Shown: piece by piece, positions 37,429-45,282 of the stretch
Position numbering within the stretch: the first letter of the stretch is position 1
Layout of the letters: each line of letters opens with the position of its first letter
DNA from: a virus
Reading direction: 5' to 3' (one strand)
Length of the DNA stretch: 64,000 bases
Virus record (IMG/VR): IMGVR_UViG_3300000976_000012
Span: 1-64,000 of that record
Program-made: the position numbers and the translations under genes
The notes under the pieces: generated by a model
What the model was told of the DNA's origin: nothing
Databases searched by the model: none
What the model saw: only the letters and a program-made list of their open reading frames with translations

Positions 37429-37442
37429 GGTAGTGATCCTTC

Positions 37443-37673
37443 CTACTTTCTTGGTGTGATGGTCAACGTGACCTGATCGCCGACTTCCATGCCACAATCG
37501 GCTGGTATCTCCAAGTTCTCATTGGAACCCAAATTCAGGGTGGCAATTCGTTCAGATGTGATGGAGGTGGGCTTACCGTCTGGGAAGCCGTGCTGATACT
37601 GCGCTTTCTTGGTGTCTGTGATCTTCACCACGTCCGCATAGATCTCAATGTAATCACCGTCTTGCATTATCAC
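37443..37673 (-). CDS. hypothetical protein
   Basis: 76 aa, preceded by an unusually long leader of ~125 nt. Confidence 0.5.
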   Translation of the reverse strand: MIMQDGDYIEIYADVVKITDTKKAQYQHGFPDGKPTSITSERIATLNLGSNENLEIPADCGMEVGDQVTLTITPRK

Positions 37674-37800
37674 ACTCTCTTATACGTGGGAGAGGAAGGC
37701 GCGTTTCAAGATGCGTTTCCGGTGCGAGCCTTGCGGCGGCATCCCGTACTTTGTCTCGCGTTGCGGTCCTACCCTGTCCCTTGTCTCTGTCTTTATAAAT

Positions 37801-37829
37801 ACAATAGCGCAACCCACATTTTATGTCAA
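37801..37829 (-). promoter_or_regulatory. cassette promoter
   Basis: TTGACATAAAAT with a -10 TATTGT at 17 nt. The palindrome lies 7 nt upstream. Confidence 0.6.
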
Positions 37830-37836
37830 GAGGTAT

Positions 37837-37850
37837 TGCAACCCGTTGCA
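37837..37850. repeat. 14-bp palindromic motif copy 11
   Basis: TGCAACCCGTTGCA, intergenic, 7 nt upstream of the -35. Confidence 0.9.
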
Positions 37851-37940
37851 CCGAATTATGTAGGTCGGGGGGCAGCGGGGAAAGCTGTAGTTCCCGTCTC
37901 GCTTGCACACTCGGCTGATCAAGACGCCTACCCCCTAAAC

Positions 37941-38339
37941 TCATATATTTCTCTTCGCTTCCAGCTTCGCAATCGCCACACGTGCTTCAGGTGGCGGGTT
38001 CTCGATCTCTTCCATGCCGTGTATTGCAGCTTCTGCCCCGGACGGGAAAAGCTCAATAGGACTGACGTAGTTGAAGGTCTCCGGATCAACCCGGTTAAAG
38101 CGCAGCGCTGCTAGATGATTGGTATCGTGACAGCCCACCCACCCGGCGCATAGGTGCCCGTCATTCTGGTGACAGTAGAATAGCGCGTGTGCTCCCTTAA
38201 TGATCTGGTCCATCGTCTCACCATCATACTGCGGTAGCTTCAGGTACTCATGCGCATCCCATATGCCGGACGGCACATCAGTGCGATAAGGGCAAGTGCC
38301 GCACGGCACCTTGCTCGGACAGGGTAGTTCTTCACTCAT
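37941..38339 (-). CDS. Cys-rich hypothetical protein
   Basis: 132 aa with CPSKVPCGTCPYR...FYCHQNDGHLCAGW, possibly a metal-binding cluster. Confidence 0.6.
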   Translation of the reverse strand: MSEELPCPSKVPCGTCPYRTDVPSGIWDAHEYLKLPQYDGETMDQIIKGAHALFYCHQNDGHLCAGWVGCHDTNHLAALRFNRVDPETFNYVSPIELFPSGAEAAIHGMEEIENPPPEARVAIAKLEAKRNI

Positions 38340-38524
38340 GCTTCAGTATCTCGAACACGGAACTCGCGTGCGGTTCCTTCGTCCTGCTCTTCCTCGATCC
38401 GACACGCCGCTGCGTCGCCTTCTTCGTGGAACGAATAAATCATTTCCCACTCGTTCTTATACGGCTTGGGCGGCGCAACGCGAAAGCGGCGCTCGACTAC
38501 AAATCTGAGATGCTGTTCGGTCAT
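38336..38524 (-). CDS. hypothetical acidic protein
   Basis: 62 aa. Cassette leader precedes the ATG. Confidence 0.5.
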   Translation of the reverse strand: MTEQHLRFVVERRFRVAPPKPYKNEWEMIYSFHEEGDAAACRIEEEQDEGTAREFRVRDTEA

Positions 38525-38550
38525 TGTTCATTTTCCCTTTCGACACTCAA

Positions 38551-38579
38551 TCAATAGCGTGGCTAAGATTTTATGTCAA
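38551..38579 (-). promoter_or_regulatory. cassette promoter
   Basis: TTGACATAAAAT with a -10 TATTGA at 17 nt. Part of a 38-bp segment identical to 58639..58676. Confidence 0.6.
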
Positions 38580-38587
38580 GAGAATAG

Positions 38588-38601
38588 TGCAACGGGTTGC
38601 A
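38588..38601. repeat. 14-bp palindromic motif copy 12
   Basis: Intergenic, 7 nt after the stop at 38608 and 8 nt upstream of the -35. Confidence 0.9.
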
Positions 38602-38607
38602 CCAAAA

Positions 38608-38778
38608 TCATAAGACATCCAGTACGTCTCTCATGATCCAAACCGACTGTGGTTCACCTGCCAGCGCTAATAGATACGTTATGCCGAATGCAGCACAGCC
38701 TGCGACCGCGTACACTACCAGTGACCACAGCAACCCGCTGCGCACTCCTTTGAAAAACTTGCGTCCCTCCGGTGTCAT
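38608..38778 (-). CDS. small membrane protein (below the ORF-track cutoff)
   Basis: My translation: MTPEGRKFFKGVRSGLLWSLVVYAVAGCAAFGITYLLALAGEPQSVWIMRDVLDVL. ATGA overlap with the upstream gene. Confidence 0.45.
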   Translation of the reverse strand: MTPEGRKFFKGVRSGLLWSLVVYAVAGCAAFGITYLLALAGEPQSVWIMRDVLDVL

Positions 38779-39245
38779 AACGTGATTGCCCTCTTCACCC
38801 GACCTAGCTTGTGCATACTCTTATACTTGCGACGCTCTGCCCGGTTCATATTCTCCATCTTGCGACGGTGCTCTCGAAGCTCTTCGTACTCCTGTGCGTC
38901 CAATGTCCGCTGCGCAGTCTGTGCCGCCGCCCTATCGGATGCGTTCAGATCAATCTCCATGTCAGGTAGATCGATGTGTGCCTGTGTCGTGTCCGGTTGG
39001 ATCACCAAACTATCCTCACGCATAACATAGGCCAGCAAGACTTGCCGGATGGCTATAGTGATTGGCTCCCCGTCATCCTCCACTGATCTCCGATAACTGA
39101 TCAAGCCGTCTTCATCGGGTTCGGGTACAGTGGTGTCCAGCCAGATGGATGTCATGTGACCGTCACGTGAGTTCCTGCATCCGATGATCAACCGGGCGCC
39201 TACTTTCGCATTGCGAAGCGTTATATTGATTATGCGCGTTGCCAT
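38775..39245 (-). CDS. hypothetical protein, C-terminal KRAITL
   Basis: Start set at ATG 39245, 5 nt after the upstream stop. 156 aa. Confidence 0.55.
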   Translation of the reverse strand: MATRIINITLRNAKVGARLIIGCRNSRDGHMTSIWLDTTVPEPDEDGLISYRRSVEDDGEPITIAIRQVLLAYVMREDSLVIQPDTTQAHIDLPDMEIDLNASDRAAAQTAQRTLDAQEYEELREHRRKMENMNRAERRKYKSMHKLGRVKRAITL

Positions 39246-39249
39246 CTGC

Positions 39250-39501
39250 TTACCAGAATACCCACCATGTCCAATTGCCTTTGACAACAATACCAACCGC
39301 TATCACCAATACAATGATCCCTGCAATAAACCACGCGCACCCTATGTTGCTTGTCCTGTCGCTCTCGGCGTTCGGAGCGGGCGTAATGTAACTGGTCATG
39401 GAAACCAGCAATGCAATCTCACACCATATCAACGCACCTACCACTACCATGCCTAGCACCGCCAATATGTAACCGGCTACTGTCATCATCATCATCTCCA
39501 T
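39250..39501 (-). CDS. small integral membrane protein
   Basis: 83 aa with two to three hydrophobic helices. Confidence 0.6.
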   Translation of the reverse strand: MEMMMMTVAGYILAVLGMVVVGALIWCEIALLVSMTSYITPAPNAESDRTSNIGCAWFIAGIIVLVIAVGIVVKGNWTWWVFW

Positions 39502-39610
39502 GTCGCATACTCCCTTTCTGGTTAAATTCCTGTTTCCACTCCTACTGGCTCATATCTCTCTATGCTAGTCCCGTGTGTTTCCCCCGGTAAACTGCGGGTA
39601 TGCGCCCCTA

Positions 39611-39961
39611 TTAGTTTCCGTGAGCCTTTTGATCATAATACAGCGCGTCGCGTATTTCCTCTATGCCCTCGGCATCCTCTGTGTTCCTGAATGCGCCCTC
39701 TTTGTTGATCTCATCGAAATCGACTTGGATGCGCTCATGTAGTATTGCCAGCATCTGATCACTAAGTTGGTGATTGGACCCTGTTTTATAGAGGATGCCG
39801 TCATCTACTGCCTGCTGGTTCATTGTGACTTCACACATCAACCTAGGCACCGTGCGCTGTGGGTCTTCTTGCCAATTAACCCCTACTGTGATTGTGGGCA
39901 ATCCGTCCCCTTGCTTCCGGCCATATGTGAACCGCGTGTTCTCCATGGTGATACGCTTCAT
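39611..39961 (-). CDS. hypothetical protein
   Basis: 116-aa ORF with a purine-rich SD region. Confidence 0.6.
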   Translation of the reverse strand: MKRITMENTRFTYGRKQGDGLPTITVGVNWQEDPQRTVPRLMCEVTMNQQAVDDGILYKTGSNHQLSDQMLAILHERIQVDFDEINKEGAFRNTEDAEGIEEIRDALYYDQKAHGN

Positions 39962-39980
39962 CGTTTCATCCTCTCTGCCC

Positions 39981-40196
39981 TCAATGCGTAGACAACGGGT
40001 TCCGGTATGCGTCCGCGCTGGCCACGATGTCTCCGTTACCGTGTAACGTCCCGTCTGGGTCTTCTATTGCAACTGTGACTGAAGCGGCGGCGCGCTTCCC
40101 TGCCTCTGTGATCTCTTCTGACGTGCGACCGCAACCGATGCACACGTTCTTCTCTAGCCTGCATACACCGATGCACCTGATTGTGTCGTTTGTCAT
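39981..40196 (-). CDS. small Cys-rich protein (DUF1289-like, from memory)
   Basis: Contains CIGVCRLEKNVCIGCGRTSEEI. Confidence 0.5.
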   Translation of the reverse strand: MTNDTIRCIGVCRLEKNVCIGCGRTSEEITEAGKRAAASVTVAIEDPDGTLHGNGDIVASADAYRNPLSTH

Positions 40197-40495
40197 GTCG
40201 CGTATACCTCAAAAACGGTGCAATCATTGACGGCTTGCATAAGTCTACTCACGAGGCTTCGGAGACACGGCTCCCTGCTGACATGTGCTTCCTTGCAAAA
40301 CCACTTCTCGCTTGCAGGCCAGTAATTAACAACGACAGGCGTGTCTCGATATAAAATACGTAATTGAATGTGCCATCCCTTATTAGACACCCTCCATAAT
40401 ATCTGGGGATTTACACGCATAAAACGCCGAATACGCTCCGTGCCAATGCGATTGTTTTCGTACCGCCTCATTATTGATGTGTTTGTTCTTCCCAT
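40193..40495 (-). CDS. hypothetical basic protein (start uncertain)
   Basis: ATG 40495 overlaps the upstream stop (TGATG). GTG 40522 is the alternative. Confidence 0.45.
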   Translation of the reverse strand: MGRTNTSIMRRYENNRIGTERIRRFMRVNPQILWRVSNKGWHIQLRILYRDTPVVVNYWPASEKWFCKEAHVSREPCLRSLVSRLMQAVNDCTVFEVYAT

Positions 40496-40758
40496 CAAAA
40501 GTATTCTTTGTCTTCTAGACACACATGTGGATCAATGCGCTGTCCGCACTTACAGATATACTCCAGTGCAACGGGTTGCAGCGAATGGTCAGCTTCCAAT
40601 GCAACTTCTCCGAGCACGATGTGCTTCCCATTACCTGCGAAGTAATAGTCAGCAGCCCACTGTTCTTCACCCGTTCCAGCATATGCGTCGCGGATGCGTT
40701 GCTCTACTTCCTGCCATGCAAGCCGGGAAACCTTCAGGATCGTGTAGGTGCAGCTCAT
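40495..40758 (-). CDS. hypothetical protein
   Basis: 87 aa. Contains palindrome copy 13, read L-Q-P-V-A. Confidence 0.5.
   Translation of the reverse strand: MSCTYTILKVSRLAWQEVEQRIRDAYAGTGEEQWAADYYFAGNGKHIVLGEVALEADHSLQPVALEYICKCGQRIDPHVCLEDKEYF
40567..40580. repeat. 14-bp palindromic motif copy 13
   Basis: Lies inside 40495..40758, about 45-72 nt upstream of the next start. Confidence 0.9.
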
Positions 40759-41051
40759 ATCATCAATTCCCTTATACGGTTCTGCAAGACATGCTGTTCA
40801 CCTCCACATTTTTTGATGTAATCAAACTGATCTAGAGCGCGCTGTAGGTTTCCAGAAAGTATTCGTTCAGCCAAACACTTACAACTAAAACCATTATGCT
40901 TAGATACGATAGGATCACCTTCGTGATAAAGAGTGTGAGTATCCTTCTCTTCATGCCACCTTATGGCAAAGCCACCCACGTCAAAAGTAAGCAAAGAATT
41001 GGAGCTATTAGGAAGAATGGAACGTGTGCCTCTATGCAACTGATTGCTCAT
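40755..41051 (-). CDS. hypothetical protein
   Basis: 98 aa with a TAATG overlap onto the upstream small ORF. Confidence 0.5.
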   Translation of the reverse strand: MSNQLHRGTRSILPNSSNSLLTFDVGGFAIRWHEEKDTHTLYHEGDPIVSKHNGFSCKCLAERILSGNLQRALDQFDYIKKCGGEQHVLQNRIRELMI

Positions 41052-41212
41052 TATTTTGTCCCTCTCGTTTTGTGACGGAATTTCTTCCCTCTGTTATGTG
41101 GTCCTAGCAACCCGGGACCGCGCAAGCCGGACATGCCACCTGCTTTAGGACATGCGATCCTACACTCCATGCGTTGACGTATCTCTGTGCACTGGCATCC
41201 GTCTGTGATCAT
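41051..41212 (-). CDS. small Cys-rich basic protein (below the ORF-track cutoff)
   Basis: My translation: MITDGCQCTEIRQRMECRIACPKAGG...KKFRHKTRGTK. It fills the gap exactly, with ATGA and TAATG overlaps. Confidence 0.35.
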   Translation of the reverse strand: MITDGCQCTEIRQRMECRIACPKAGGMSGLRGPGLLGPHNRGKKFRHKTRGTK

Positions 41213-41529
41213 ATCCTTGTTGCCCGCTTTCTTATTGGAGTGGCCGGGGGAGGCAACGGCGCAGGTTGATCTTTGACGCGTACTTGATCTTTGGCTTCTT
41301 CAAGTGCCTCAAAATATGCGCGACAAGCTATATCGCTAGCCCACTCCTCCAATTCTCGCTCTGAAGGTCCGATCCGTATCAATCCAAACAGATAACGCTT
41401 TGGCTTAGGCACGCTCATCCGCTCTGAGTGGGTTAGCCAGTCAAGCAAGTTCCCTCCGGCTGCGCGAAAGGTCTGGATCATACGCTCGATCTTATCTTCA
41501 GCGCTATCATCAGCCATTTCTAGTTCCAT
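41209..41529 (-). CDS. hypothetical protein, C-terminal RKRATRI
   Basis: 106-aa ORF. Confidence 0.55.
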   Translation of the reverse strand: MELEMADDSAEDKIERMIQTFRAAGGNLLDWLTHSERMSVPKPKRYLFGLIRIGPSERELEEWASDIACRAYFEALEEAKDQVRVKDQPAPLPPPATPIRKRATRI

Positions 41530-41926
41530 CTTTCAACGCAGTATGTTCTTCCAGAATGTGTACTGATTGGTTCAACGCCTGTAGTTCATCATAGCAGAAG
41601 CCACCTGCTGATTTTGGATCATATGCGTTCTTACCGTTGACTAACCAGTTCATTGTCATGAGCACAGTATCATACGCGATTGGAGGGCCGTGGGGTTCAT
41701 GCTGCATTGTTGCGCGGTATAGATTATCTCTTGGCACACCGCGCAACCACGCACCTAGGCAAACAGACCACCATATAATTTTAGCCGAAAACCCTTTGGG
41801 TGGCATCAATTCTTTACAGACCACAAACGCAGCGAGGTACGGATAAAGCTCAGTTGGTAAGAGATCGATACGGTTTCGCAAAGAAATCAGGTCAGATTTA
41901 TTCGTGTAATCAATACTAGGCGTCAT
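41510..41926 (-). CDS. hypothetical protein
   Basis: 138 aa with an ATGA overlap onto the upstream gene. Confidence 0.55.
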   Translation of the reverse strand: MTPSIDYTNKSDLISLRNRIDLLPTELYPYLAAFVVCKELMPPKGFSAKIIWWSVCLGAWLRGVPRDNLYRATMQHEPHGPPIAYDTVLMTMNWLVNGKNAYDPKSAGGFCYDELQALNQSVHILEEHTALKDGTRNG

Positions 41927-42519
41927 CTCGTTCTCCCCGCACGTTCAAACGTGTCTTCAATAATGTCAATCATCTCCGCGTGACCAAGCGCACCATCTCG
42001 ATCAAACCCATTGTCGGGGTCGTGTCCTATCCGGCAAAGGACGCGGGGCTGTAATCGTTCGTCTGTCACGGTCTTCTGCATGAAGGTGATAGTGGGTTCA
42101 TTAGTTAGCGTCTCATGGAACTCACCGGGGCGCATAATGTACTGAGCACCGCTGCGCTTCAACACCATATTAAATAGAAACGGAATGCATGTCTTATCCC
42201 TATGAGCTATCAGCTTGGTGTCTTCGGAGCCGGGACGGCTCGGTTCAAACGTGCAAGCAAAATGCGTGGCGCGGTGATCTTCACTTACTGGTTGAAATTT
42301 GTACCATACATTGACCAGCGATCCGAATACCACTGTGCTCTTGAAACCGAACCTATGATCATGGATCGGTGTTGGCTCTATCTGGCGTGGCACGCCCGGA
42401 TGACCAAATATGTGAATGCGCTCACCCTTTCCCACGTCGGCTTGGATAAAGCCGTTACCGTGGATGCGGATGTTCTTGGCGTGCTCTCGCACCCAGTTGA
42501 GGTCAATGTGGTCTGTCAT
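41923..42519 (-). CDS. cupin-like metalloprotein (paralog B)
   Basis: PIHDHRFGFKSTVVFG and GEFHET motifs are shared with 33602..34204. Confidence 0.5.
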   Translation of the reverse strand: MTDHIDLNWVREHAKNIRIHGNGFIQADVGKGERIHIFGHPGVPRQIEPTPIHDHRFGFKSTVVFGSLVNVWYKFQPVSEDHRATHFACTFEPSRPGSEDTKLIAHRDKTCIPFLFNMVLKRSGAQYIMRPGEFHETLTNEPTITFMQKTVTDERLQPRVLCRIGHDPDNGFDRDGALGHAEMIDIIEDTFERAGRTR

Positions 42520-42884
42520 TGCGGTAGCGCACTCCCTACCGGCTTAGATGCCTGCTTGGCGCGTATCTTTTCCACGATCTCGTGTGCTTCGATCCGCTCG
42601 ACTTCAGTCTCTCCGGCCTGTGCCATGGATATGTCATTTGGTGTGCAGAGTGCAGCTAGAGTGACCAATACACCACCTACTTCCTGTGGCGGGTCACCAA
42701 CATCTCTACCATAAACGTAATCGACCAAAGCAAGTACACGTTCTTTTGGCATTCCGAGAGACTGGACAAGCTCAAGTGCTTCTTCCGTGAAGCGATCATT
42801 CCGCTCCATCTTGTCGGCTGCGATCTCCGCGCCAAAGCATTTCTGCATCCATCGCGCCACTCTCTGCTGGAAATTATCGATCAT
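42516..42884 (-). CDS. MazG-like nucleotide pyrophosphohydrolase, putative
   Basis: 122 aa, all-alpha. ERNDRFTEEALELVQSLG resembles the MazG EExxE region. Confidence 0.55.
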   Translation of the reverse strand: MIDNFQQRVARWMQKCFGAEIAADKMERNDRFTEEALELVQSLGMPKERVLALVDYVYGRDVGDPPQEVGGVLVTLAALCTPNDISMAQAGETEVERIEAHEIVEKIRAKQASKPVGSALPQ

Positions 42885-43219
42885 ACGGCCTCTCCTGTTG
42901 CAACGCGTTGCACCACGCCTTCGGCATAGCAGAAACGCTGTTCACCTCCTCGAATAAAGTAGGAAAATTCTCCATCTCCTTGAGCGACATATGTTAAATC
43001 CTGTTGGATTTGGGTTATCTCCGCCTTTGAAAATATACTCATCTGGTTGTCATGCTTGTCGTGGTGACAGCCGACTTTCAGAGAACCGTCGTTCATGGAG
43101 TGTACTCTAAAATACACACCTAATAACTTGTCGTGTACGTCGTACCCCTCCATCCAAATAGATGCCCCCTTACGCAAGCGCTTACCTGTCTTCGTATCTC
43201 TGAAAGTTAGTTTGGTCAT
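42881..43219 (-). CDS. hypothetical protein
   Basis: 112 aa. A variant perfect palindrome TGCAACGCGTTGCA at the 3' end encodes VQRVA. Confidence 0.55.
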   Translation of the reverse strand: MTKLTFRDTKTGKRLRKGASIWMEGYDVHDKLLGVYFRVHSMNDGSLKVGCHHDKHDNQMSIFSKAEITQIQQDLTYVAQGDGEFSYFIRGGEQRFCYAEGVVQRVATGEAV

Positions 43220-43258
43220 TTCTTCTCCGATATGTGCGTGATGTTGCTGGTGTGAATG

Positions 43259-43453
43259 TCATGGTTGACTATGTTCCGTGCACATGTGGAGCCATTTATC
43301 CCCACTCTTATACACACGCCATTTCTCAGCTTTCATGTCAACCAACGCGTCATGGAAATTTTTGTGCTCGGTTTCACAAACATCGGAACACCCAGATGCA
43401 TGGTCACACAAGAATGAGATGGGGCCGTTATAGTACTCCCGTTCAATCGTCAT
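43259..43453 (-). CDS. small Cys/His-rich protein
   Basis: 64 aa with CDHASGCSDVCETEH...MCTEH. Confidence 0.5.
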   Translation of the reverse strand: MTIEREYYNGPISFLCDHASGCSDVCETEHKNFHDALVDMKAEKWRVYKSGDKWLHMCTEHSQP

Positions 43454-43530
43454 GGCATGTCCTTGTCGTGGCGGAATTCTTCAATTGTCTCTAGTTGACG
43501 GCTCATAGCCTTTTCCTCTCTACTGTGCAC

Positions 43531-43559
43531 ACAGTGCCATAGCACCAATTTTATGTCAA
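43531..43559 (-). promoter_or_regulatory. cassette promoter
   Basis: TTGACATAAAAT with a -10 CACTGT at 17 nt. Confidence 0.55.
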
Positions 43560-43568
43560 GAGGAAAAA

Positions 43569-43832
43569 CTACCGGCCCCACCTGTACTCAGTCACTTCAT
43601 CTCCAAAGCTGGTACGGTGTACCCAAAACTTCCCTTTACCGTCCGGGCGGCTCATCCGGATCAAACCAAGCCTGCGTAGATCATAACGCAATTTGCCCTT
43701 ACCAGTCTTCTTTCCCATACGTGCTCGATCTCGTGCGTCTGCATCGTGCCGAGACGGTATCTCCTGAAGGTGTGCCCACTGCGCAGCATTCAGTTCATCT
43801 GCGGTCTGTTTCACATAACTACTTACGGCCAT
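43569..43832 (-). CDS. hypothetical basic protein
   Basis: 87-aa ORF. Confidence 0.5.
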   Translation of the reverse strand: MAVSSYVKQTADELNAAQWAHLQEIPSRHDADARDRARMGKKTGKGKLRYDLRRLGLIRMSRPDGKGKFWVHRTSFGDEVTEYRWGR

Positions 43833-44341
43833 AGTGTTGGTTCCAACTCATAAGGTAAATATAGTGGGTGCTCTGGCCATCCATTAGGTGACACGCGAAT
43901 GGCATGAAACTGAGCCTCTGCCTGTTTCGCCATCTCCGTTACGTGCTCGATCCGAGCAATGATAGCGCGCTGAACTGCGGCCTTACCTTTTGGTGTTCCC
44001 CATGCGGCGATTAATATGCCATTATTCTCTTTGACGATCTTAAACGCCTGTCTTAGCGCATAATCTGCCCAACGGCACGTCAACCCCTCCGAGGTCAGGT
44101 CTTTAGCATCCGTAGCGCAGCGGGTTACCACATTGGTGAATATCATATCAGTGTAACCCCATCGCTCTGCAAAGCCCTGCCCTTTTCGGGAGGTTGCATC
44201 ATCGTCGTCTGCGTTAGCTGTGCTTGGGTTGTGTAGTACAAATACCGACGGTTTGAAACCAATCGGTTTGATCGCGACGCGACGGCGTAACCACAGTCTG
44301 TGGTCACCAGTAAATATCGCGTCCTTATTCGTATCAAACAA
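43823..44341 (-). CDS. DUF1643-like protein (from memory)
   Basis: VFVLHNPSTANADDDDATSRKGQGFAERWGY matches the family hallmark. TTG start with a GGGAGA SD. Confidence 0.55.
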   Translation of the reverse strand: MFDTNKDAIFTGDHRLWLRRRVAIKPIGFKPSVFVLHNPSTANADDDDATSRKGQGFAERWGYTDMIFTNVVTRCATDAKDLTSEGLTCRWADYALRQAFKIVKENNGILIAAWGTPKGKAAVQRAIIARIEHVTEMAKQAEAQFHAIRVSPNGWPEHPLYLPYELEPTLWP

Positions 44342-44363
44342 AATCAGTCTCCCTGTAGTGCTT

Positions 44364-44392
44364 CACTTAGCAAGGGACGTATTTTATGTCAA
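44364..44392 (-). promoter_or_regulatory. cassette promoter
   Basis: TTGACATAAAAT with a -10 TAAGTG at 17 nt. Preceded by the stem ACGCCCG...CGGGCGT-TTTC. Confidence 0.5.
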
Positions 44393-44498
44393 GAAACGCC
44401 CGCCACACTCAGGGAGAAGCGCGACGGGCGTCCATGTAGGTTGGGGGGCTTGTCCAACCCGGAGCCATTTACAAGTAGCTTACGCTCAATGTCAACGG

Positions 44499-44512
44499 TG
44501 CAACGGGTTGCA
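44499..44512. repeat. 14-bp palindromic motif copy 14
   Basis: Intergenic, 11 nt after the stop at 44523 and 3 nt upstream of a further TTGACA-17-GTAAAT. Confidence 0.9.
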
Positions 44513-44522
44513 CATGCCTGTA

Positions 44523-45281
44523 TTATGCTTGGTTCTCGATAGACCAGTTGATAGCATCGGTCTCACCACCTTCATCATCCGCAATTTTGAACGTGCCTGT
44601 CCATGTCTGCGCAACGGCGGTAGCATTAGACGTGATAACGCCTGTAGCTTTCGTCAGCGTAAATTTCTTGGTTCCAATAAAGAAGTCCTGCGTCAGATTA
44701 TCATTCGAGTAATCAACCGCATCCCCGTTAAATTCGCTGACACGCAAGACATCACTATCCGCGTCGGCACCCGCTGCCACAGTGATAAAGTTCACTGAGA
44801 TAGGTGTGTTGTTAGCGAATTGCTGTACTGGAATATCTGATCCAGTTGGATCGACATTGGCTGTTGCCCAATCATCATCGATCTGGTTCGGGCCTTCGTA
44901 GGTGTCGTTGGCCGTGCCCTTATCTTGTGCGAACTCAGTGAGCGTAGCATCAATATCAGCGGCGGTAGCGAAACGAGGATGCGACGCCTTGACAGCGGAC
45001 AGCGCATCAACTGCTTCTGCCCGTGCAGCTACAATCTCTGCATCCCATGATGCGACTGAACCTGCCACGTCTGCGTCACTGGCCTGATCCGCGCCAAGCA
45101 AAGCCGCTTCAAGGCGTGCAAGAGCGATTGCCGCTAGTGCCGTTGCCGAAGTGGACGCCATCGCAGGGAAGCTGTTGGCCGCATCTGCAAGAGGTGCCAA
45201 TTTGGGAAGGTTATGGTCGATGGCAAAGTGCCGATTGAGGTAGTGTGCTGGAACCTGTTGGTTGCCGGGAACGATATTCAT
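44523..45281 (-). CDS. hypothetical protein (possibly virion-associated)
   Basis: 252 aa, Ala/Asp/Thr-rich. First gene after terL. The RBS lies inside a 9-bp hairpin. Confidence 0.55.
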   Translation of the reverse strand: MNIVPGNQQVPAHYLNRHFAIDHNLPKLAPLADAANSFPAMASTSATALAAIALARLEAALLGADQASDADVAGSVASWDAEIVAARAEAVDALSAVKASHPRFATAADIDATLTEFAQDKGTANDTYEGPNQIDDDWATANVDPTGSDIPVQQFANNTPISVNFITVAAGADADSDVLRVSEFNGDAVDYSNDNLTQDFFIGTKKFTLTKATGVITSNATAVAQTWTGTFKIADDEGGETDAINWSIENQA

Positions 45282-45282
45282 T

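Noticed and set aside
37654-37944. 96-aa minus-strand ORF spanning the 37801..37829 promoter and palindrome copy 11.
   Set aside because: It runs through conserved regulatory elements and a long leader, has an Arg/Pro-rich low-complexity sequence, and has no SD.
24510-41229. The KRAxxL C-termini as a pure by-product of an SD embedded before overlapping start codons.
   Set aside because: Not fully excluded. However, wobble positions vary while the residues stay. Ala and the hydrophobic positions are unexplained by an SD. Most other 4-nt-overlap junctions lack the motif.
44393-44495. Possible ~65-nt small RNA between TTGACA-17-GTAAAT (44495..44467) and the stem ACGCCCG...CGGGCGT-TTTC.
   Set aside because: It could equally be a tandem promoter plus the terminator of the upstream gene. 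The U-tract is short and no independent support is visible in the sequence.
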